64,000 bases of DNA from Octopus sinensis. Taxonomy: Eukaryota. Location: NCBI RefSeq assembly GCF_006345805.1, contig NC_043003.1, positions 89,776,001-89,840,000 of the forward strand. Reading direction: 5' to 3'. The notes beneath the pieces are model-generated. The model made no database searches, was not told the DNA's origin, and was given only the letters and a program-made list of their open reading frames with translations. This document shows positions 1-9,661 of the stretch, piece by piece; the stretch's first letter is position 1, and each line of letters begins with the position of its first letter. A program made the position numbers and the translations under genes.

Positions 1-1062
1 ACTTCATTAACATTGAACACAAGGTAAGACATGTTTCTTATTTAAGCCAACATAATAACTAAAAATATGTAAATTTAATTTCTTTGTTAATTGGATGGCA
101 TTAAGAACAGCAATAAACATGTAAAATATTTGCTCCCATGATTCTGAATTTGCATAATCATTTCAGCAAGGACAACTGGTGCTTTTCAAATATCATGGTA
201 ACCAAAGATTCCATAGTAAGTTACTTTAGTTTCATGTTGCTACTAGTCAAAGTTTAACAGAATACCAACACAAAGTAACTCACTGTGAAGTCTTGACTTA
301 AAAAAGTAAAAAATTGTATTAAGCATGTTTTTCTCAAATTTGCAAATGCACTTTCTATTTTTATATATACATTTCTCCATACACGCACACTTAATTATTT
401 CTCCATACACACATACTTAATTACCATAAAGAACCCGTACCACATTTTAATTGGAAGCTGGAATTCTATTCAATAAAAGAAATAAGAGTACAACATTTTT
501 GCTTTTTTTCCTAAAAAAAAAAAAGATGCAAATATTTTAAATGACATCAAAATTTAACAATTTATATTGATAAAAGAATAGAATTTCAGCCTCTGAACTT
601 TGATTACAAATAGAATTTTAAATTACAACCAGAAATACTTCAAAGTTGTCACATTTTAAGTGCAAGAATCTTATAAGTTATCACAGTTGAAATTTTGGTT
701 GAAATCATAAAGTGTAAAAAAAGAAAAATCATAAATTTGGTGGAAGAAAGAAAAAAAACTTTAAAATATATTATTTACAAACTTCTTGCAAATAATAATA
801 ACAGATTTGAAATTCTAAACAGACTCCTTAATCTTCCAAAAAGAAAAGAAAAGAAAAAGAAAATTTTAAAAATGGGAGAAGCAATTCTATAAGTCTTCTT
901 ACACAGTTTCTTTTCATGGTGTGTTGTATATTCTGATTGATAAGGCAACTGGAGAATAAAATGGAAACAGATTCTTGTTCACTTTTGGAAAGATTGGTAA
1001 TGTAATGAAAGGCATCGAAAATTTCAATGTTGAAAGGGGACAAAAATAGAGTGAATCTCCAA

Positions 1063-1185
1063 ATATATATATGCATACATACATACATACATATATATAC
1101 ATACATACATATATATATATATACATACATACATATATATACATACATACATATATATATACACATACATACATATATACATACA

Positions 1186-1237
<52 letters not shown>

Positions 1238-1244
1238 CATAAAT

Positions 1245-1286
<42 letters not shown>

Positions 1287-1295
1287 ATATATACA
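1063..1295. repeat. (TACA)n/(TA)n/(CA)n compound microsatellite, probably within the 3'UTR of the minus-strand gene
   Basis: Directly visible simple repeats. Confidence 0.95.
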
Positions 1296-1539
1296 CAATC
1301 TATTAGTGAACAATGTTCTGATTACAAATTCATGGAAAGGAGACAGGGGAAAATGTGCACAGGCCTAATACATTGATATTTCTTTAATTGTTTTAAGATA
1401 AATGTTTGTTGAAATGAAGGCTGAAGATGGTTGTATAATATATTGAAGTTTGATCCCCTGTAAATCCAAGAGTATATAAGGGGCAAGATGAATGGTCAGC
1501 AATTAAAAATAGGAATTTAATTTTATGAAGTTGAACTTT

Positions 1540-1643
1540 TTAACAAGCACTGGTAGCAACATAGATTCCTTTCTTCTGTTCAGCATCAATGGCTCGCTTG
1601 ATCTGCATGCACATCTCGGCTAAATTCCCCCCAGGAATGACAG
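1540..1643 (-). CDS. DLG5: Last coding exon of a DLG5-like MAGUK (C-terminus of guanylate-kinase domain)
   Basis: Minus strand has a long polypyrimidine tract ending tttctgtttttag, then (x)VIPGGNLAEMCMQIKRAIDAEQKKGIYVATSAC* (TAA at 1542-1540). This resembles the DLG5 C-terminus (human, recalled: GVIQGGALSSICTQILAMVNQEQNKVLWIP). Too short for the ORF track. Confidence 0.75.
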
Positions 1644-2275
1644 CTAAAAACAGAAACAGAAGGAAAAAAGAAAAGAAAAAAATGAGAAACAATTAATTTG
1701 TTACAGTTGAAAACAATTATTAGTACTTGAATGAACAGTAATTGTTACCATAACTGGATACACCAAACATAACTATTGTTAAACATGCCAACGTGCTATC
1801 CTTGTTATAGAGTGGCAAATATAAGGCAAAACAGTGTAATATCTCTAAGTATGACTGTAATGAATATTTACAAAGGTTCTGTGCAATTGGTACTTTTCAT
1901 ATTAAGAGGTGCCAGCTGATATTTCACCTAATTGGCTTATATCAGTGCCTAGTAATGAACAGATTTTGCTTAGACAGATCTCTGGTTTAGAGATAGATGA
2001 CTGAATGTTTGGAGGTAGTCCACAGATTTCGCAGCACGGGCAGACTATATTTCTATTTGTTTGTAACCATTAGTGTACTACACACTCTTATGTAGTGTTT
2101 AGACGTTGAGCAGCAGAGCAGCAATGAAACCATGTATCATCATTGTTATCCAGCTGTTTCTAATATCATATAAGAGCCTAATTATTTTGTTGTTTTTCCA
2201 GATTCAATCCTGATTGAAAAGACTTATACGATCAAAAACACTTCAACCTTAATTAACTAGTCTCCTTGTAGTCAT

Positions 2276-2860
2276 CGTCATCATCATCAGTTAATGTCCA
2301 TGTTCCATGCTAGCATGGGTTGGATGGTTTGACAGGATCTGAAAGATTCAAGATCTGCATCATGCTGTCTACTTTGGCATTGTTTCTATGGTTGGATGCC
2401 CTTCTTAACACCAATCACTTTAGTCTGTACTGGGCTCTTTTTTTCATGGCATCAGCACTAGTGAGGTTGCCATGCAGCTTGCAAGACTACAAACCTTGAG
2501 AGGTGGTTTTATGTTAGGACAAGATGAGAGGTATAAGTATGAAAGAAGGAAGTCAAAGTAGAAAAGGTTTCTTGCTGTAGAGGAGCTACATGGATACTTG
2601 CATTTTAAAAGAAACGATGAGGTGATGAGGAAGAGATAAAAAACAATAGCAATGAAGTGTCATGATATGAAGTGAGAGGGGAGAGAAGAACCAAGCAGTG
2701 TGGGTAGGTAGAGGTTGTAAGATTGTATAGAAGAATGATAAATTGTGAATGGATGAGGGGGTGAATATAATGAAATGAAGAACAAGTGTAGAGAGATGAT
2801 AAGTAGGGAAAAGTAGGTGATAATTGTATTTAGCAAACGTTATCTATGACCAATGTTCCC
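2276..2860 (-). mobile_element. Old non-autonomous element carrying an RTE 3' tail
   Basis: (CAT)n followed by ccatgctagcatgggttgga (reverse RTE tail). Body shared with 30822-31480 and 49250-49692 (tcttgctgtagaggag motif). Confidence 0.65.
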
Positions 2861-3240
2861 TGTAATTATTTGTTGTGGATATGCTCAGAAATTTGCAAAT
2901 TTTGTCTTTGTAAAATATGTGTGCATCTATGTGAGTAACCATCTTCAATTAAAAAATTTTATTTCACCTTGAAAACCTTATGTGCCTATATTTTTGTTCT
3001 TTGTGCACTAGTTGTAAAATATGTACATGCACACAGGCTCATGTTGTCTATGACTATATTATATACTATGTGCCTTTCCTCTTTAAAGATGCTAGGTTAT
3101 GATTTTAGAGAAATTTGGCTGTTATTTCAATTATGTACAACTTTCTCATTGACCCTGTTGATAAATGCAAGTAAAGTTTGTTTCTTTGGATTCATTTACA
3201 ATGATTATATTCAGGTGCACTCAGGCATAGTCATAGATAT

Positions 3241-4019
3241 GTCAGTAGCGGGGGCGGGTGTGCTGAAAGTGTAATTGCTAGAGTAAGAATAGCTTGGGCA
3301 AAGTTCAGAGAGCTCTTACCTCTGCTAGTGACAAAAGGCCTCTCGCTCAGAGTAAAAGGCAGACTGTATGACGCGTGTGTACGAACAGCCATGCTACATG
3401 GCAGTGAAACATGGGCCCTGACTGCTGAGGATATGCGTAAGCTCGCAAGAAATGAAGCCAGTATGCTCCGATGGATGTGTAATGTCAGTGTTCATACTCG
3501 ACAGAGTGTAAGTCCCTTGAGAGAAAAGCTGGGCCTAAGAAGCATCAGATGTGGTGTGCAAGAGAGACATTTGCGCTGGTATGGTCATGTGGCAAGAATG
3601 GATGAAGATAGTTGTGTGAAAAAGTGCCACACCCTAGCAGTTGAGGGAACCTGTGGAAGAGGCAGACCCAGAAAAACCAGGGACGAGGTGGTGAAGCACG
3701 ACCTTCGAACTTTAGGTCTCACTGAGGAAATGACTAGAGACCGAGACCTCTAGAAGTATGCTGTGCGTGAGAAGACCCGGCAGGAAAAGTGAGACCATAA
3801 CCCGTGGCCTTCTACACGAGATGTAGCCAGTCCACTTATGCATACCTTCCCTTCTTGGGACACAAAACTCTACTTGTGAAGACCTGTTGAGGCAAGTAAG
3901 AATCAGAATCGAAATCGATCAATGGAAATTGCAGCTGAGATACCAGTGGCGGTGGCACGTAAGAGAACCATCCGAACATGGGCGTCGCCAGCGGTGCCCC
4001 AACTGGCCTGTGCCGTGTG
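3241..4019 (+). mobile_element. 5'-truncated RTE LINE (RT C-terminus plus part of 3'UTR), cut by the gap
   Basis: ORF 3328-3753 (KGRLYDACVRTAMLHGSETW...LRWYGHV) matches the full-length copies. Confidence 0.95.
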
Positions 4020-4119
4020 NNNNNNNNNNNNNNNNNNNNNNNNNNNNNNNNNNNNNNNNNNNNNNNNNNNNNNNNNNNNNNNNNNNNNNNNNNNNNNNNN
4101 NNNNNNNNNNNNNNNNNNN
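4020..4119. other. Assembly gap of exactly 100 N
   Basis: 100 consecutive N, a conventional unknown-size scaffolding gap. Confidence 0.98.
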
Positions 4120-5190
4120 AATATTTTTGAACAAAGTAAATAATTTTTAAAACTTAAATAATAATTTTTTTAACCAAACGCGAACGGGGAAAATGTAGTG
4201 GCGAATTCGATTTACATACCTAAATTTTTTCTTTTTCATGACATTGTAGCAAAATAGTAGTGAATTATATAAATACCAGCAGTACATTTTTTTTTCTGGG
4301 GTATTTTTTTCAAACTCGTCACATATTTGCCCCTTTCAATTTAAACAAAGTCTTAATTAAGCAATTACGGCAGCTTAGCAATGGTTTCAATACAGGCCGA
4401 CATGTGTATCTCAATTGTTCAAAACCCTTCGAATTTTTTCGCACGTGATGATATCATAGTGAAAACTTTCAATTACGCGCGCTTAGAAGTACGCTCGCAT
4501 GAATAAAAAAAGTTCAGTTCTTTCTGTCTTTCACTCTGTCTGTCTCTTTACACACACTAACAAAAGCACTTCACTTACACACCACACTTTCTGTGTCGCA
4601 CAACCCATCAAACCACACACACAACACATACACACACACACACACACTCACGCACGCACACTGTACATCAATGCTTTCGGAGTGAAATGTTAAAATATTG
4701 AGTTTTCCCGAATTTTGTCTTAATTGGTGGTAAAATTGAAAGAAATTTTTTATGGCATCACCCACTGAAGTACTCTGAAAAATCATGGGTACACTCTAAT
4801 TGAAGAAATTGTGTGAGGAGTATCGTTATGTATTTATTTGTTTCTGTTTGCTGTGTTTTTTTATTTTTTGAGTAGTGGTTTAAATACTTTCAGTTTAGTC
4901 TTCCTCAAATCACTCTGTCACTATTTACTTTCATTTTATTCGTTGCACACTGTGTGTGTGCGTGTGGTGTAAACCACATTAAGAAAAGCATTTGACATAC
5001 ACACCAGAATGTGAGTTTTCTGTAAATTTTGCTTAATTGGAGTTTAAATTTTAAAAACTGGACCTAGCATGACCCGATGCATTCTACTCTTAAAAATGCT
5101 AGGTAAATTGTAATTGAAGAAATCCTATATTGTAGATTTCTATAACTTACAAAGGGAGGCAGATAAAATCTGCCTTTTATAATAAGAGAT
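4120..5190 (+). mobile_element. Possible Helentron-associated non-autonomous (HINE/DINE-like) element
   Basis: Internal (CA)n tract. Ends with hairpin AGGCAGA-taaaa-TCTGCCT then ttttataataagagat. Left boundary unknown (gap). Confidence 0.35.
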
Positions 5191-5489
5191 ATATTTGCAT
5201 CTATATGTATACATATATATATGTATATATATAAATATATATATATATATGCATCTATATGTACAATATATGATTATATTATTATATATGCATCTATATA
5301 TATGCATCTATATGTATACATATATATAGTATATATATATATATGCTTATAGTATGCATCTATATGTATACATATATATATGTATATATCTATATAGATA
5401 TATGCATCTATATGTATGCATCTATATGTATACATATATATGTATATATATATATATTATATATATATATATATACATGCATCTATATG

Positions 5490-5521
<32 letters not shown>

Positions 5522-5850
5522 ATTATATAGCATCTATATGTATACATATATATATGTATACATTATATATTTTATATAATATATATATATGCATCTATAT
5601 GTATACATATATATGTATACATATATATATTATATATATATATATATATGCATCTATATGTATACATATATATATATATGCATCTATATGTATACATATA
5701 TATATGTATACATATATATAATAATATATATAGATATATATATATAATGCATCTATATGTATACATATATATATATATGTATACATATATATATATATAT
5801 ATATATGCATCTATATGTATACATATATATATATGTATATATATATATGT
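5190..5850. repeat. AT-rich satellite with recurring GCATCTATATGTATAC unit
   Basis: Unit recurs more than 10 times between (TA)n runs. Confidence 0.9.
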
Positions 5851-5859
5851 AAATTTAAA

Positions 5860-6079
5860 TTAAAAATAATAAGGGTTAAAAAATTGAATATTAATTTGAT
5901 TAATATGAATTTAAAACCAGTGGTGTGGAGAAGATATGATATTGCTGTTGGCTAGCTCTAGGCAAAAACTACATGAACCCTAAGGAAGGCATGTGTAAAA
6001 TTTGAATGAAATTGGTTGTGTAGTTCTCAAGTTTTAGGGATTCACACAGACACACATTCTCAGTTTTATATATATAGAT
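5860..6079 (+). mobile_element. Possible DINE/HINE-like short element
   Basis: aaatttgaatgaaattggttgtgtagttctcaagtttt...cagacacacattctcagttttatatatatagat resembles a DINE-type 3' end. Confidence 0.35.
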
Positions 6080-7255
6080 AAGCCCAGTTTCAGTCGGTCT
6101 GTTTGGATAATGTGGCTCTGATCGTTTTCAGTTAGGCATAATCTATAACAGCATTTCTCAACTTTATCATTTCAGGTCCCCTGTTTCGATTGGAGCCTCC
6201 AGCTGTATGAAAATTTCTTCCCCACCCCCACCCCCATCAAAAAACAGCTTCAGGAGTTGTGAAGAAAGAATTTGTACATAGTCTGTTTCTGAGAGCTATT
6301 GTATTGGACCTCTGTCTAATTATTAAAACATTTATTTAATTATGAACATAGAAAGAAATCATACATTAATCCCTATTTTTGTAAGCAGTTGTATCCATAA
6401 AAATTTTATTTGCAGATGGCAGAAATTGAAGGAAGATATGTGAAATGGACATGTGTGTGGCGTGTGTATGTGAGAAAGAGAGATAGAGTGAGTGAAGTGA
6501 AAAATATCTTCGCAGAAAACAGCTTCAGGAGTTGTGAAGAAAGAATTTGTACGTAGTCTGTTTCTGAGAACTATTCTATTGGACCTCTGTCTAATCACGT
6601 CTTTTAAGGTGTACACACATACATAGAAAATGTGATGTCATAGTAGAAAATTTTTACGATAGTTGATTTATGGAAAAGATTATGTGAAATTTTTGAAATG
6701 CAAATCTGTGAATGAAAATGAAGTTCAGATGTCTACATGGTAGGCAGACCTGGTAGAAATAGCAGCCAAAGGTAAAGTGGAGAAGTATGGAAGAAGTCAT
6801 TGTTATACGCTTATAGAAAAAATAGACACGTACCTTTGTTGAGAAGAAAATGTAGGTGAGAGCTATTGTATTGGACATCTGAGTAATGAGAGAGCAGAAA
6901 TTGAAAGAAGATATATGAAATGGACGTGTGTGTGTGTGCGTTTTTCTGGCTAATTTGGCGGGATTTTTACAGTCAGCACGAGGTGGTTTGTATTTATCTC
7001 TGGAGGGGTGGAAAGGGGATCTTTTGAAGTTATGAAAGTGATTGATTTCTTCCGTCCTTGTCAAGGGGCGTGCATGTGTGTGTGAGGGAGGAAGAGAAAG
7101 AGAGAGGGTGTGTGTGTGAGAGAGAGAAAGAGGGAGAGAGCATGTGCGTGTGTGTGTGAGAGAGAAAGAGGGAGAGAGCATGTGTGTGTGTTTGATGGGG
7201 TGTGCGATATGGGCGAGAGAGTTAACTACTGTCACTGATTTCGGAAAACTGTCTG

Positions 7256-7624
7256 CAAGCAATAATAAGTCTCTGAACGAGATGTAAACGGTAACCGCTC
7301 GACAACGTAAAAACCCATAAGTATTTGCAAACAGGTCTTCCTTTTCATCGTAAACCGGTGATTACCGTGCGTTGACAAGAGGCAAACACCTCGAAACTGC
7401 AGTCCATGCGTATCACTTAGGCTTACGAGAGAGGGGTGAACTCCCTTTGCAAATACCATAAGGGCACAGATAGTGTGCCTAAAGCCAGCTGGAGACATTG
7501 ATCTCCTGGGGCTAAAAGCTACAGTAACACCCACCCTTAGTGGTTAGCCATATTGATGGCTAGTATACTAAACGTTGTCGAGCGGTTACTGTTTACATCT
7601 CGTTCAGAGATTTATTATTGCTTG
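7256..7624. mobile_element. MITE/foldback with 53-bp terminal inverted repeats
   Basis: 7256-7308 is the reverse complement of 7572-7624 with 2 mismatches. Confidence 0.85.
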
Positions 7625-8000
7625 TATATATATAGCAAATAAGAAAATGGAGAAGCACTTTAGTTGGTTCATCAGCTTTAGGATATTAAAATGTTGACTT
7701 ATTCATTTATCAAAACGACAGCCATAATAACATACATACATATAGTATATTATTCAATGCGTATAAGATAAGAATACAAGTAGTTATTAAAAACATGAAT
7801 ATAAATTATTAAAATTACTTACAGCTGTTTCAGCCTATGGATAATAGCAACTCATTGTGCCTATATTAGTCAAGTGTATTGAGGTGGTAGGCAGTTGAAA
7901 ATGAGGTACTTATATATATATCCTTAGGCCTCGTCAGAGATTATAAAGTACAATCATAAAAATACAAATATATATATGAAACAAAATACACACACAATTT
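7625..8000 (-). mobile_element. Penelope-like pseudo-LTR remnant
   Basis: Contains a hammerhead. Its minus-strand end ttctccattttcttatttgctata resembles the end of the PLE at ~41240 (ttctccattttctaattttgtaata). Confidence 0.65.
7817..7940 (-). ncRNA. Type I hammerhead ribozyme motif with extended helix II
   Basis: Minus strand TCT-CTGACGA-GGCCTAaGGAT...ATCCaTAGGCT-GAAA-C-AGCT-GTA-AG. Confidence 0.7.
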
Positions 8001-8167
8001 AATATATATATATATATATAAACATATATATACACATATATGTGTACATAAATATTTAAATAAACATAATTATACATACATACAAGCATATAGACAATTA
8101 ATTATATATACTGGAGCATACATATACATCCATATCCATGAGTACACATATAATATTTAATTATTAC

Positions 8168-8201
<34 letters not shown>

Positions 8202-8438
8202 AATAATAATGATAATAATATTAGATTCTGCATATTCTTCTATTCACAATACATAGTATAAGAAATTCAAATATAGAATATACTATAATATAATATAAAC
8301 AGATATTTATGAAAGATGTAAGCTTATTAATTTTAAAATCACAGTATATATATGTATATATATACATGTATATATATATGTATATATATACATGTATATA
8401 TATATGTATATATATATATGTATGTATGTATGTATATG

Positions 8439-8479
<41 letters not shown>

Positions 8480-9661
8480 GTATCTGGTCTTTCTGTCGCT
8501 TAATTCTCTAACCCATCTTTCCCAACTTACACTCATAGAAAATTATGCACACGACCGCAAACCTTTCCATCTCAAATCTTGCCTTTCTTACTGCCGCCTA
8601 AATCTCGTCTTCTCCCAGTGCGCAATGTCGTTTTTGCCCTCTGTTATCAACCATGTCTCTCTCCTCCCTCTCTCTCTCTCTCTTTCTCTGCGGTGTCGTT
8701 TTCTCCCTCTGTTATCGCTGTCTCTCTATATATATATATTTCACTTTCACTCGCGCCACAGGCTTCTACCCACACCTCCGCTCCCCTCCCTATAAACCCT
8801 ACGCACATCGCTGTCTCTCTCTCTCTCTATATATATATATTCACTTTCACTTTCACTCGTGCACAGGCTTCTACCCACACCTCCGCTCCCCCTCCCCTAT
8901 AAAACCCTACGCAATCGCTGTCTCTCTCTCTCTCTATATATATATATTTCACTTTCACTCGCTGCCACAGGCTTCTACCCCACCTCCGCTCCCCCTCCCC
9001 TATAAAACCCTACGCACGAGGCTTGACCGCCCTTATTATTGCTTTCCTCCTGGCTATAACACACGACTACGAACTGCAGGATGATGAATAATATCAGCTA
9101 AGTCATATTTAAGTTCACGACCTGTCCCTCTTTCATTGTTTTTGCAAGTATTATTATCACCATCAAGCCTTATTATTGTGTCCCCCATATATTATCGTTA
9201 TCCTTCGTCTCAAATGCTAGCTGAAGCATATAAACTTTCGCTCACAAAAACTTATTCACACGACCGCAAAAAAAAACATCTCGTCTCAATCTGGTCTTTC
9301 TGTCGCTTAATCTTATCTAACCCATCTTTCCCACTTACACTCATAGAAAATTATGCACACGACCGCAAACCTTTCCATCTCAAATCTTGCCTTTCTTACT
9401 GCCGCCTAAATCTCGTCTTCTCCCAGTGCGCAGTGCGCCCGCCCTCCCGCCCCCACCACCAGTACCGGAAGTCCTTATCTCACCTTGCCTTCCTTTGCTT
9501 TTCTTCCATGAACACCTAAAGGCCTTAAACCAATACCACCCCTTCTATATATGGTGGTGACCATACGGCGCAAAAACATGTTAGTGCAGTGTAACAGGTT
9601 GAACTTAAGTTCATTGCTTTGCTTATGATTCTGCCAAATGCGAGTTTTCTTCTTCTTTCAG

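Noticed and set aside
828-1376. ORFs of 65-161 aa, including an apparent acceptor-donor pair at ~905-948 on the minus strand
   Set aside because: Mostly microsatellite translation. It lies downstream of the DLG5-like stop (probable 3'UTR) and the peptide matches nothing I recognise.
7430-7567. HDV-like or twister ribozyme fit for the cassette
   Set aside because: P1 and P4 compete for the same bases, the P1.1 GG is absent and no twister pseudoknot covariation was found. Kept only as an unknown structure.
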